Of a stretch of DNA of 64,000 nt, positions 50,205-59,743 are shown one piece after another. The position numbers were made by a program, and so were the translations under genes. Source of the stretch: a virus (lineage: Duplodnaviria > Caudoviricetes); IMG/VR virus record IMGVR_UViG_2775506767_000005, positions 10,694 through 74,693 of that record; one strand, given 5' to 3'. The first letter of the stretch is position 1. Every line of letters starts with the position of its first letter. The notes beneath the pieces were generated by a model. It was not told the DNA's origin. It searched no databases and worked only from the letters and a program-made list of their open reading frames with translations.

Positions 50205-51742
50205 GGTGTAGCTCCTGCTGTTGGAGTCTTCCGAGAGAGCCGCTCAATGCTCTCGACGGTGTCGGATATTTCGCGCTCGGCATTGTTCCTGATATGAGAC
50301 AGCACCTCAGGCACTGGCGACAGCAAGGACCGCAGCTCATGGAACTCGTCCTCGGGTAGCGAACGAATAGCGGAGCCGAATACGGCCGAGACAAGGCCAG
50401 GCTCAACAGATGCCTCGAGGTAGAGGATCAGATTCCACGCCAGGTAGTACGGAGGAACCTCAAAAGTCATTCCACGCAGGCTGTCCCGCGACTGGGGCAA
50501 CAGCAGGTAACAACGAACCGCCCTCCTCTCAACCCACTTGCGGGCGTCACGCTCCTGCTTAGTGACCACGGGAGCGGCGGGCCTGACCTTGGGAGCTTGG
50601 CCCAGGATTTCAGCCGCTCGGCGCTCGACGTAGGCGCGTTGACCGCCGACAGGCAGGACTGAGAGAATGCGCTTAACGCCACGCTCCGCGACCTGGACCG
50701 ACTCGATGTCCTCGAGATTGACTTTGCCTAGCTCACGACCCAACCACCACTTCACCCAGTTAGGAGCCGAGGCGATCATCTCCTTCATGACGTCGACACC
50801 CTTCTCCTGGGTCACGCTGTCGGGGTCTTCACCCGCAGGCATGGACAAAATGCGAAGGGTGATCGTCTCCGATAAGACCATCTCCCTGAGTTTCTCGAGG
50901 GCCTTGTAGGCAGCCTTCTCTCCAGCAGCGTCACCGTCGAAACACAGGGTGACGACCTTTGCTCCACAACGCCGAACCAGGCTGTTGATCTGGTCATGGC
51001 TTAGTGCTGTGCCAGAACATGCGACCACGTTGGTCAGGCCTTCTTGATGCAGCTTGATGACGTCGAACTGGCCCTCTGTGATGACCACCTCGCGAGACTT
51101 GCGGATCGACTCAGCGGCATGATCAAGGCCAAAGATGAGCCTGGATTTGTCGTACAAAAGGTCGCTAGGAGAATTCTTGTATTTGGGCATCTGGCCAGCC
51201 AGGGCACGGCCGGTGAATGCGACGGTTCGGCCCTGGACATCACGCAGGGGCACCATCAACCGATCACCCGTGAAGCCGAGACCCCAAGCTTCCGCGGTTG
51301 CTTTGCTGATGCCACGCTCCTTCAGGTAAACGCAGGCGTCCCGATTGGCGAATAACTGATCAGCGAAGAGCTTCTCCTGCTGCTCACGCTTCACGTACAA
51401 GAGATGGCGCTGCTTCTGCTCTTCCTTGAATCGCTCAGAATTCTCGTCGTTCTCGTGCTCGATCTGGATGTTGTGCCGCGAAGCGATGCGCTCGATGGCC
51501 TCCTGAAAAGTCAGGCCCCGATCCTGCAGCCAGCCCAGGGCATCGACACCGTGCTGGCAGACGTGGCAGTAGGCGAAGTTTTTTTGTGGGCTGATCGATA
51601 GAGAGGGTTTGCGGTCCTCGTGCCAGGGGCAGTGGGTCACATACTCGCGGCCCATGCGAGTTAGCTCGACGCCCTCCATCGCGTCGACGATCGAGGCCTT
51701 TTCTTTGACGTGATCGATTGTTCGCTGGCTGATGCGTGGCAT
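50201..51742 (-). CDS. dnaG: DnaG-type DNA primase
   Basis: CHC2 finger CPWH.D..PS..CHVC, KYKNSP, TOPRIM ITEGQFDV..LCFDGDAAG. Confidence 0.95.
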   Translation of the reverse strand: MPRISQRTIDHVKEKASIVDAMEGVELTRMGREYVTHCPWHEDRKPSLSISPQKNFAYCHVCQHGVDALGWLQDRGLTFQEAIERIASRHNIQIEHENDENSERFKEEQKQRHLLYVKREQQEKLFADQLFANRDACVYLKERGISKATAEAWGLGFTGDRLMVPLRDVQGRTVAFTGRALAGQMPKYKNSPSDLLYDKSRLIFGLDHAAESIRKSREVVITEGQFDVIKLHQEGLTNVVACSGTALSHDQINSLVRRCGAKVVTLCFDGDAAGEKAAYKALEKLREMVLSETITLRILSMPAGEDPDSVTQEKGVDVMKEMIASAPNWVKWWLGRELGKVNLEDIESVQVAERGVKRILSVLPVGGQRAYVERRAAEILGQAPKVRPAAPVVTKQERDARKWVERRAVRCYLLLPQSRDSLRGMTFEVPPYYLAWNLILYLEASVEPGLVSAVFGSAIRSLPEDEFHELRSLLSPVPEVLSHIRNNAEREISDTVESIERLSRKTPTAGATP

Positions 51743-51790
51743 TGAGGGGCCGGGTTGTTTGAATTAGAATGCTGATCAACTAAGCTATGA

Positions 51791-53443
51791 CTACAAACAG
51801 ACCGGGCGATCGCTATCGATATAGCAGTGGTCACGGTTAAAGCTGAGGATCGATTCATTGACTGTGATCTGCTTGTCCTGGACTCGCTGACCGTTTCGAA
51901 CCTTCCCGTGGATCAGGTTCACCAGGCCCCGGTCGAACTTCTCGCCGGCTTCCAGGTCTGGCTTTTTGAACTCCATCAGCCACACAGCGGAGGCCAATTG
52001 GGCCAGGGCGTCGGTGCCGTTGATGTGGATGGCTTGAGGGCCTTTGGGATCGTCAGCAGCTCCACGGTTTAACTGGCAGAGCAGGAATAGATCGACCTCG
52101 CATTCCTTAGCGGCGCCGTGGAGGATCTGAGCCCTGACTTCCATCTCCTGACTGCGGTCGCGTGGCCCCTTGGCCGTAGGACGCAGGGCATGAAAATGGT
52201 CCAGAAAGACTGCGGAGATGGAGGGGTCTTTTGCTTTTGCGGCGCGGAGCACCTCGACGAAATCGTCAGCCTCAGCAAGAAATTGGCAGTAGCTCTGAAA
52301 GTTCCCGCCGCCGAGCAGTTTGTCCTCTTGCAGGCAGTTCATCAGATGTAGATAAGCGGCGCTGATCGTCTCTGTCATGCCGATTTTTCCGCGACCCTCG
52401 AGGCGCCACTGAGGCAGAAGGCGGACCATCTCCTCAGGCATCCGGCCGACGCTCTGCAGGTGGCGGGCGTAGTGAGCCAAGAACCTGGCCCCAATCTCTT
52501 TCTGATTCAGCTCGCAAGATAGAAATAAAACATCCGCGCCATTAGCGACCAGGCCGGCAGCGGCTGCAATCGCGAGCGTGGACTTACCCACGCCGGTCCT
52601 TGCTCCTATGAGGTGGAGCTTGCCCGCGTCGTTTTGCTTAACGCCTCCCTGAATGTCCATGTCGAGGGACATGATCCCGGTGCTAACTGGCTCGCAGTGC
52701 TCCTTGGTCATCTCCTGCTCGACTTGAAACCACGCATCCTCAGCCGAGGCGAATGCGTAGCTATTGCCGATCCGACCGGAGAAAATATCGCGGGCTTCTT
52801 GCAGCTCAGCGGTGCATTGTTCGAGAACCTCGGTCACGTCGACCTCACGCTTGACGCTGCGAATCAACGCCTCGCCTAAGCGGCTGACCTTTTGGCGACC
52901 CCAACGAGTGCGGAGAATCTCGGCAGAAATCCTGAAGTCAGAAGCCGGGACGCCATCGACCTCGAGCTCGATGCCCTGGACCGCACGGGCGAAGTCTTGA
53001 AGGGAGGCCGTTGAGATCTTGCTTTCGATCTGCTCTCGCAGGGATTCGATCAATGCGGCGCCATTGATCAGTTGAACGGAACGGCGGTTCCGGTAGGTGG
53101 CGTCGATCTCCTGAGCGACCCACTTCGCGTCCTTGTCAGTCCACAGGCTCGAAGGCAGTTCGTCGCTGTACTGCAGACCTAGGAGAGTTCTGAATTCACC
53201 CCACTGGTCTCTGTGGTCATGCTTGCCAGCGAGACAGAAACCTAGGACTAGACGTTCTTGATCTCCGGTACTAGATGCACCGGACTCCTCGCGGCGCTGT
53301 TGGCGGTCCTGTTCGAGATTGGCCTGGACCTCTGCGAGGTTCGCGACTGGCAGCCCTTGCTCGTTGAGTTCGAGGTTCCCCTCGGCGACCGCCTTGTCGA
53401 TCAGGTTGGCGGCCCAGTCGAACTGTTGTGGATTGAGTGTCAT
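51791..53443 (-). CDS. dnaB: DnaB-type replicative helicase
   Basis: Walker A GARTGVGKS, LSCEL, VFLDHFH, LLCQLNR, GKVRNG. Confidence 0.9.
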   Translation of the reverse strand: MTLNPQQFDWAANLIDKAVAEGNLELNEQGLPVANLAEVQANLEQDRQQRREESGASSTGDQERLVLGFCLAGKHDHRDQWGEFRTLLGLQYSDELPSSLWTDKDAKWVAQEIDATYRNRRSVQLINGAALIESLREQIESKISTASLQDFARAVQGIELEVDGVPASDFRISAEILRTRWGRQKVSRLGEALIRSVKREVDVTEVLEQCTAELQEARDIFSGRIGNSYAFASAEDAWFQVEQEMTKEHCEPVSTGIMSLDMDIQGGVKQNDAGKLHLIGARTGVGKSTLAIAAAAGLVANGADVLFLSCELNQKEIGARFLAHYARHLQSVGRMPEEMVRLLPQWRLEGRGKIGMTETISAAYLHLMNCLQEDKLLGGGNFQSYCQFLAEADDFVEVLRAAKAKDPSISAVFLDHFHALRPTAKGPRDRSQEMEVRAQILHGAAKECEVDLFLLCQLNRGAADDPKGPQAIHINGTDALAQLASAVWLMEFKKPDLEAGEKFDRGLVNLIHGKVRNGQRVQDKQITVNESILSFNRDHCYIDSDRPVCL

Positions 53444-53478
53444 GGAATGAGAAAATGCTGTCGAGATTCGAACAGTGA

Positions 53479-54345
53479 TCAGCTATTGACAGGCCCTAAG
53501 CCGGCGGCGATCAGACTGGCCTTGTGTTCGTCGAGGACCTCATCGGAGAGGTCCGGACGCTTATAGCTCCAACGTGTCCCCGTCCAGTGGAGAAATTCCT
53601 CGGAGGGATGCTGAATGCCGGGCGCCATCACCTCGGAGGCGTCCAGAAAGTCGGCCCACTCGAACATCCTCCAGCCGCTGACGCCGAGCTCCTTGTGACG
53701 TTTGTCGGCGGAGATTAGGCAGAGAATGCAGTCACTGACGGGACGCAGACCCGCACCCTGTCGCGGGTACTGGTTCCGGTAGAACTCGGGGACTTTGCTG
53801 AGCGCTGACGCAAATGTTCCGAGGAACTCATCAGGACCGCCCGCGTAGTTAATGCCCTCTTGGAGTCGCGTCCCCATTTTGGCGAGGTTCGAACGCCGGA
53901 CCAATTGGGGCCAGGTTTTAGGGGCACTCTGCTGATAGATGTCCTGCAGTTGAGACCAGATGCCGGCGAGGTCTGTGCTCTCAGGCTCCTCGATTACGGG
54001 CTGAGCGGTCCCCGTTTTTGTAGTGGGGTCTATAGCAGCGGGCTCGGCTTCCTCGACGGGACTGCACTGAGTGGCCACATAGGTCAGAAACTCAAAATAT
54101 CGCTTGTTTGGTAGTTCCGTTCGACCAATGCGAGGGCCGCCAGGCTTGCGCACTCCCCTCAGGAAGCTCTGGATGCTCCCAGCCTTTTCAGTCTGGCCGC
54201 GCACATAAACCCCATGCGCTTGGGCCATCAGGAGGACATCTTTGATGTCTGGCTTCTTAGCCTTGCCCTCAGCCTCGTAGATGGCGCTAACGAGCGCTTC
54301 CATCTCCGCGAGATACCCATCAGGGAAAAACCAACTCTCACTCAA
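53479..54345 (-). CDS. Putative replication initiator / helicase loader
   Basis: Sits between the iteron array and the helicase; no recognised motif. Confidence 0.45.
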   Translation of the reverse strand: MSESWFFPDGYLAEMEALVSAIYEAEGKAKKPDIKDVLLMAQAHGVYVRGQTEKAGSIQSFLRGVRKPGGPRIGRTELPNKRYFEFLTYVATQCSPVEEAEPAAIDPTTKTGTAQPVIEEPESTDLAGIWSQLQDIYQQSAPKTWPQLVRRSNLAKMGTRLQEGINYAGGPDEFLGTFASALSKVPEFYRNQYPRQGAGLRPVSDCILCLISADKRHKELGVSGWRMFEWADFLDASEVMAPGIQHPSEEFLHWTGTRWSYKRPDLSDEVLDEHKASLIAAGLGPVNS

Positions 54346-54385
54346 AGTTTCTGTTCGAATGCTTATAACCTACCCACGTTGTCCC

Positions 54386-54525
54386 TTTAGTTAATTGCTC
54401 TTTCTCTTCTATTCTCTCTTCTATTCTCTATACATATAAGTGTAAATGGACATTTCATCCACAATCGATGGATAAAACGTCCAAAACTTTGGACAAAACG
54501 GCCATGACTATGGACAAAATGTCCA
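54386..54525. repeat. Putative origin of replication: four iterons plus AT-rich tract
   Basis: TGGA(C/T)-N5-(G/A)(T/G)CCA at 54447, 54469, 54490, 54511 (21-22 bp period) next to a TTCTCTTCTATTCTC tract. Confidence 0.7.
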
Positions 54526-54546
54526 CGATTTATTGAGCAGAACAGC

Positions 54547-54708
54547 CTAGAGCCTGCCTTCCTTTTCCCATTTCTGAGCCAGTCGATAGAACGTTGATCG
54601 ACTGATCAATGGCGCGAGCTGTTTCGATATTTCGAGCAGGGTCGCACCCTCGGCCAGGGCCTCCCTGGTAACCCCGATAATTCGCTGTTCGTACCGCTCC
54701 CAGTCCAT
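54547..54708 (-). CDS. Cro-like HTH protein (53 aa), not in the ORF track
   Basis: MDWERYEQRIIGVTREALAEGATLLEISKQLAPLISRSTFYRLAQKWEKEGRL; divergent from the repressor-like gene. Confidence 0.65.
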   Translation of the reverse strand: MDWERYEQRIIGVTREALAEGATLLEISKQLAPLISRSTFYRLAQKWEKEGRL

Positions 54709-54745
54709 GCCTGTCTGTTTCGATCACAACCCCCATACCCTTCCT

Positions 54746-54783
54746 GTTCGAACGTTGACAATTGAGGAGCGCAGGGCTACGGT
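54746..54783 (+). promoter_or_regulatory. PRM-like promoter of the repressor-like gene
   Basis: GTTCGAAC-G-TTGACA-17-TACGGT. Confidence 0.6.
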
Positions 54784-54809
54784 CAAAACAAGCTTTTGTG
54801 GATCCCCCT

Positions 54810-55538
54810 ATGACAAACCACACAAATAACAACAGCATCGGCGACCAGCGCAGAGAGGTCGGCCGTAGCCATTTCACTCAAGTTTTGGGATTCATGCTGA
54901 AAGACGTCAGCCACCCTGAAATGGCGTTGCTGGCCGATTGGGCGACGAACGAGCCTGGCTGTCTCCACACATCACAGCTCTCACATTTGAGGAACGCCCG
55001 CATGAAAATGCTCGGGGTGAAAAGTCTGGACAGTTTGGGGCGAATCAATACGTCGATTCATGCACTGAAGACTGATCGGAAAGGCTCATTTCGAGCAATG
55101 GATACCGCAACCACCACGGCACGCATAGAAGAAATCGTCGAGCGTTTCGACCCGGTTCTGCACCCTCAGACAGGACTGCCTCTCGATGCTGGCGATTTGA
55201 TGATGGTTTATCTCGGCTATCTCGAGCTTCCTGAGTTGGTGCCGGCTGCTGCTGTCGGCGACCAGGCCATGGCGGAAGCTGCCTCAAAAATCGGTAGTTG
55301 GGTTGAAGAGCTGCTCAGCGAGCGCGGTCTCAAGTTCCGAGACGGCTTGCAGCTCATCAAAGACAAGTGGACAGGATCTGACGCGGGAAGGGATTTGTTT
55401 TGTCAGGTGGTGGCCGGGATGGCTGAATACACCACCGAACAGCTCAGGGTAGATCTAGAACCCATCGCAGCAACGATCTCGAGCCTCATCGATGAGGACA
55501 TTGTTGCGGCAGACATTGTGGAAATGGTTAACGCCTGA
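54810..55538 (+). CDS. Putative CI-like XRE repressor
   Basis: HTH-like LHTSQLSHLRNA; divergent from the cro-like gene. Confidence 0.5.
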   Translation: MTNHTNNNSIGDQRREVGRSHFTQVLGFMLKDVSHPEMALLADWATNEPGCLHTSQLSHLRNARMKMLGVKSLDSLGRINTSIHALKTDRKGSFRAMDTATTTARIEEIVERFDPVLHPQTGLPLDAGDLMMVYLGYLELPELVPAAAVGDQAMAEAASKIGSWVEELLSERGLKFRDGLQLIKDKWTGSDAGRDLFCQVVAGMAEYTTEQLRVDLEPIAATISSLIDEDIVAADIVEMVNA

Positions 55539-55580
55539 ACCGATGGGGTAGACTATGGGGAATCAAAACCGATTGCCCCT

Positions 55581-56507
55581 ATGACTGATTCCTGGTCAGA
55601 CAAGCAAAAAAAGCTGGTCTTCAACACGGTCGCCATTGGCCTCTCACCGGCTGATCAAGCTCTGTTCGAAGCCGTATGTCTCTCCTCCGGTTTAGACCCT
55701 CTCCGCAAAGAGGTCTACGCGGTAGTGAGGGGCGGCAAGATGTCCATCCAGACCGGAATCGACGGTTACCTGAAGTTGGCTAACCAGACGAAAGAGTTGA
55801 ACGGAATGGAGGTCTTGTTCTTCGATGAGAACGGCAGCGAGTCAGAGGTATGGGTCAAGAAGACTCCCCCTGCTGCTTGCTTGGTCCGTGTTTACCGCAA
55901 GGGCGCCGCCTATCCGTTCACCGCCTCGTGTCGGTTCGAGGCTTACAGCCAGAACAACAACATGTGGAGGAAGTTCCCCGAGACGATGCTGGCCAAGGCC
56001 ACGACGACGCTGGCCCTTCGCAGGGGGTTCGCTGATGTCATCTCAGGAATCGCTTCCTCAGACGAGCTCTCGCAGGCTGGTTTAGCGGCTCCTGAACTGT
56101 TAACCCAGGGCACACCTGAAGAGCGCCCCCTCGCACCAACGATCACAGCCCCAAAGCCTGGGACTCCATCGAAGCGCCCGCCTATAGCAAAGAAGGTCCC
56201 TGCTGCGGCGGCTGCCAAGGCGTCTGAGCCAAACATCGACGCAGCAGCAGAGAGCCTGGCCAAAAGCACGGGCGGCACCGTTGTCAATGCTTCAATCAAT
56301 GAGAAGCCAAAGACTCCAGGCAGGGACGACCTTCAAGCCGTCGCAGAAGAGTGCGGACTAACTGCATCAGCAATCGAAGGGATTCTCGGCCTGATCAGAA
56401 ATGACTTCGCTTCAGGGATTGCAACGATCCAGCAAAAATCCGTCGACGAGATCGCCGCGTTGAACAAAAGGTTCGCTCCTGCATCGGCCAGCCTTGAGAA
56501 TTGGTAA
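55581..56507 (+). CDS. bet: Bet-like single-strand annealing protein
   Basis: LDPLRKEVY, MSIQTGIDGYLKLA, WRKFPETMLAK...LRRGF. Confidence 0.9.
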   Translation: MTDSWSDKQKKLVFNTVAIGLSPADQALFEAVCLSSGLDPLRKEVYAVVRGGKMSIQTGIDGYLKLANQTKELNGMEVLFFDENGSESEVWVKKTPPAACLVRVYRKGAAYPFTASCRFEAYSQNNNMWRKFPETMLAKATTTLALRRGFADVISGIASSDELSQAGLAAPELLTQGTPEERPLAPTITAPKPGTPSKRPPIAKKVPAAAAAKASEPNIDAAAESLAKSTGGTVVNASINEKPKTPGRDDLQAVAEECGLTASAIEGILGLIRNDFASGIATIQQKSVDEIAALNKRFAPASASLENW

Positions 56508-56533
56508 CGCCTGTCGAGTTACGAACACACACT

Positions 56534-56558
56534 GCCCAGGACTTGCCTGGGCTTTTTT
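56534..56558 (+). terminator. Terminator after bet
   Basis: GCCCAGG-ACTTG-CCTGGGC-TTTTTT. Confidence 0.8.
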
Positions 56559-56691
56559 GTTGCTATGAGTGTGTTTTGGGCGACTTAAGTACACCGCTGG
56601 GAATAAAAGATACACCCCCCTTGCACGCCTTGACTGCAGGGGGCATCATCAGCGAGTTGAGGAATTATCTATCACCTCACCAGCAACCTCG

Positions 56692-56910
56692 ATGAACCAT
56701 GCCGACCTGTTGTTTTTCCTTGTCGGGAATTTGCCCTCTGGGCTCGACCCCGTCACGGCTCAATCAATCAGCAGCAGCAACGTCTTTGACGCTGATGATG
56801 CGCTAGGCATTAGCTGGGAGATGCTGCACTACAGCACTCAGGAGGAGATCGCCAGCGATGTCTCTCACCTCCTAAACGGGATGGATGAGCTGCTTGGTTT
56901 TTTGGCTTAG
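56692..56910 (+). CDS. Hypothetical protein
   Basis: ATG 56692. Confidence 0.5.
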   Translation: MNHADLLFFLVGNLPSGLDPVTAQSISSSNVFDADDALGISWEMLHYSTQEEIASDVSHLLNGMDELLGFLA

Positions 56911-56948
56911 TCCAATTACGATTCGAACAATTACTACCCAGAAATCAA

Positions 56949-57845
56949 ATGACTAAAACTAAGCTTCATGTCCCAAGTTCGGTCGATCAATTTTTCAACT
57001 CGATGGGCCGCTATAAAGTCCTGGAGCCTGCTCTGGTTATCGAGCTTGCCCGGAAGGTCCAGGCTTGGAGGCAGCACCCGGACGGCCCTGACGATTGTCC
57101 GCTAGTCGTTAAACGTCTGGGCTTGGCAGCGCGAAATAAGTTGGTCGCCCACAACCTTCGTTTAGTCGTAAGGATTTGGCGGGACTGTTACGCCATGCGC
57201 GTGACAGCAAAAGATCCCGGTCTCGCTGATATGTTTCAGCTCTCTGCACAGCAGTTGGTTCGGGCCGCTGAGTTATTCGATCCACTTAAGGGGCGCACTT
57301 TTTCAACTTATGCCTCAACGTGGATCCATAAAGGAATGAAAGAATTTATAGGTGGGCAGCGCCGAACGGTTCGAATCCCGTTGAGTCATTATTTCATTAT
57401 CAAGGCGGCTCTACTTATCCAGAGCAATCGCTCTGCGGCCGGCTTGCCTAAATTGTCCATGACAGAGCTAGTGGATGAGATGTCGCAAACTCGGCAGGTT
57501 ATGCCGACGCCAGAGCAGCTCGGCGATTGGATTCGGTGCCACGATCTCACTGATCTCAGGTCGTTTTCCGAACGCATCGGGGATGAGAAAACTGAGCTAG
57601 GTGATTTGATTGCCAGCCGTCAGACCGAGGGCGATGACGCCAACGACGCGGTCCAGCGTGCTCGTGATGCCATGGCCGATCTCACGACCATTGAGCGTCG
57701 CGTTGTCGAGAAGATGCACCTGCGGGGCCGTGGTTCGATCGGGTATCGAAGCTGCGCCAAAGTGCTAAAGATCTCTGAGCTTCAGGTCCGCGCTGCAGAG
57801 GCCAGGGCTTTCGATCAGATCAAACTCTCAATCTCGGTAGACTGA
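56949..57845 (+). CDS. Phage-encoded sigma70-family (RpoD-like) sigma factor
   Basis: Region 1.2 DQFFNSMGRYKVL, region 2 HNLRLVV..FDPLKGRTFSTYA.TWI, region 4 HTH. Confidence 0.9.
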   Translation: MTKTKLHVPSSVDQFFNSMGRYKVLEPALVIELARKVQAWRQHPDGPDDCPLVVKRLGLAARNKLVAHNLRLVVRIWRDCYAMRVTAKDPGLADMFQLSAQQLVRAAELFDPLKGRTFSTYASTWIHKGMKEFIGGQRRTVRIPLSHYFIIKAALLIQSNRSAAGLPKLSMTELVDEMSQTRQVMPTPEQLGDWIRCHDLTDLRSFSERIGDEKTELGDLIASRQTEGDDANDAVQRARDAMADLTTIERRVVEKMHLRGRGSIGYRSCAKVLKISELQVRAAEARAFDQIKLSISVD

Positions 57846-57895
57846 TGCTGTCCGGATTCGAACCGGCATAAATTAACACCCGATTCAAAAACAGC

Positions 57896-58249
57896 ATGGC
57901 CAACATCTCAATAACTGGGAACATCGGTCGCGATCCTGAACTGCGTCAAGCAGGCACTAGCCAGGTCCTCAAATTCTCTGTCGCCGACTCCGAGTACATC
58001 TACAGCAAGGGGGAGGACGCTCCAGGCCAATGGTATTCGGCAGAGGTCTGGGGAAAACAGGCCGAGCGCCTCGCCGGAATGCTTGCCAAAGGAACCAAGG
58101 TCACTGTCTACGGGCAGCTCGTTCAGCGCCCCTACACCAGCAAGGCAGGGAAAGAAGGCATCTCGATGGACATCAAAGACGGGCGCGTTTCGATCGTGAG
58201 CCCCAAGGGCTCACCCGCGGCTTCTTTTTCTGACTCTGCCCCCTTCTGA
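57896..58249 (+). CDS. ssb: Single-stranded DNA-binding protein
   Basis: ITGNIGRDPELR, WGKQAE..KGTKVTV.G, C-terminal DSAPF. Confidence 0.93.
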   Translation: MANISITGNIGRDPELRQAGTSQVLKFSVADSEYIYSKGEDAPGQWYSAEVWGKQAERLAGMLAKGTKVTVYGQLVQRPYTSKAGKEGISMDIKDGRVSIVSPKGSPAASFSDSAPF

Positions 58250-58276
58250 TCTGCCTGCCCTGTCTGCATTCGAACC

Positions 58277-58708
58277 ATGACTATCGAGCTGATCGATGAG
58301 AGCGACGACCTCAACGCCATTGGCGGAATGATTGGCTCTCTCACGTTGTTCGAAGTCACGCCCCGGATCAATGCGGCCAGGGTTCGCCCTTTCGTTTGGT
58401 CCGTTCTGCTCCTCCGCAGCGCCGTTCGCATTGAGGAAATTGTTTCCTCGATCTCCCCTCATGCTCACCCTGACGACCTGCGGAGCTGGGAGCAGGAAGA
58501 GGCGACGCTGAACCACACAGTCAGGGCAACGCTTGACGAGATGGTTCAGCAAAACATTTTAAGAGTCGGCCGAGAAGGGCTTTACGTCCTGAGCAACACG
58601 CCGGAAGCCTCGCGCAGGGCGATCTCTGTGACGTCAACCGTTAATGGTCAGCTCCCTGATCACATGCTGGCCGAGATGGGCCGCACTCACTTCGAATTGA
58701 ACTCATGA
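58277..58708 (+). CDS. Hypothetical protein
   Basis: 143 aa ORF in operon. Confidence 0.65.
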   Translation: MTIELIDESDDLNAIGGMIGSLTLFEVTPRINAARVRPFVWSVLLLRSAVRIEEIVSSISPHAHPDDLRSWEQEEATLNHTVRATLDEMVQQNILRVGREGLYVLSNTPEASRRAISVTSTVNGQLPDHMLAEMGRTHFELNS

Positions 58709-59268
58709 CTTACGACCACATCAACCCGAATCACTACAAAGGCGGGCGGCGTTTCGAGCCGATCGACGTGATCGAGGACTGGGGTCTCAACTACCACCTG
58801 GGGAATGCCTTGAAATACATCTCGAGGAACGGCAGGAAGCCCGGCGAGGACCCGCGAGAGGGATTGAGCAAAGCAATTTGGTATCTCGAGCGCCTGCAGG
58901 ATCAACTCGACTGCTGCGACTGCAACCCCTGCGAGGAGTCGTGCCCGTGCGATCCCTGCGACGAGTGCCCGTCATCTACTCAGGAAGAGGCCGAGTTCAA
59001 GGCCCTGGGCGATATCCCTAATTCAGTTTTATTTGGGGCTGACGATGACATTCTTACCTCGACAATTCCCCAAAAAAACTGGGGGAAGGATTTATCTAAA
59101 TTCTCCGACGATTCCGAAATTATTTATCAGTCCTATGAGGGCGGCTATGTGTTTGGCCATTTAAAAAATGGAGACGTTCGGATCGTGGGAAAGCGTGGCG
59201 CACCCGTCACGACGTTTGACGGGGACAATGCTCCATCAGAGCATGAACCACTGCTGCATGATTGTTGA
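58705..59268 (+). CDS. DUF3310 (SaV-like) protein with Cys-rich insert
   Basis: INPNHY..EPIDVI..GNALKYISR.GRK..L.KAIWYLER. Confidence 0.85.
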   Translation: MTYDHINPNHYKGGRRFEPIDVIEDWGLNYHLGNALKYISRNGRKPGEDPREGLSKAIWYLERLQDQLDCCDCNPCEESCPCDPCDECPSSTQEEAEFKALGDIPNSVLFGADDDILTSTIPQKNWGKDLSKFSDDSEIIYQSYEGGYVFGHLKNGDVRIVGKRGAPVTTFDGDNAPSEHEPLLHDC

Positions 59269-59319
59269 TTGTGGTTAGAATGAGAACCGGAACCCTCGGC
59301 CGCAACGCCGGGGTTTTTC

Positions 59320-59700
59320 ATGCGCGAGATCAGATTCAGGCTGGATCTTCCGTTGATGTCAAAAGCCCGCCCAAGGTTCGGCAAGGGGCGCAGCTACTTG
59401 CCGGCCCCGTATCGGGAATGGAAGGACAAGGCACGCCGTCTGTTGAGATATTTCTGGGAAACAAACGAGCTCGAGACCTTGACTCAGTTCGAGCTCCATG
59501 TCGAGGCCCATGGCCCTGGGCGCTGCGATCCCGATAACCTAATCGGCAGTCTCTTGGACGCGGGCATACCACACAAGCAGACTGCTTGGTCCGGAGCTTG
59601 GAAGGACGACCGAGTGACGGTCGTCCCGTACATCTCCTTTAGATGGGTCAGAGATAAAAAACAATTCTGGGATATTTGCATCCAGATCAAAGAAGAATAA
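59320..59700 (+). CDS. rusA: RusA-like Holliday junction resolvase
   Basis: SKARPRF, DPDNL...LD, WKDDRV; late promoter GGAACCCT at 59289. Confidence 0.8.
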   Translation: MREIRFRLDLPLMSKARPRFGKGRSYLPAPYREWKDKARRLLRYFWETNELETLTQFELHVEAHGPGRCDPDNLIGSLLDAGIPHKQTAWSGAWKDDRVTVVPYISFRWVRDKKQFWDICIQIKEE

Positions 59701-59743
59701 ACAGCATGGGGTAGACTCCTCAAAGTCCGTCAAACTCCCCCGC

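Noticed and set aside
54447-54525. Mini-CRISPR array
   Set aside because: Repeats are 15 bp with 6-7 bp spacers and no cas genes; they fit iterons
54530-54877. 115-aa minus-strand ORF from the track
   Set aside because: Crosses the switch promoters; the alternative frame 54708-54547 gives a convincing HTH protein
56501-56695. 64-aa ORF after bet
   Set aside because: Contains a strong intrinsic terminator at 56534-56558
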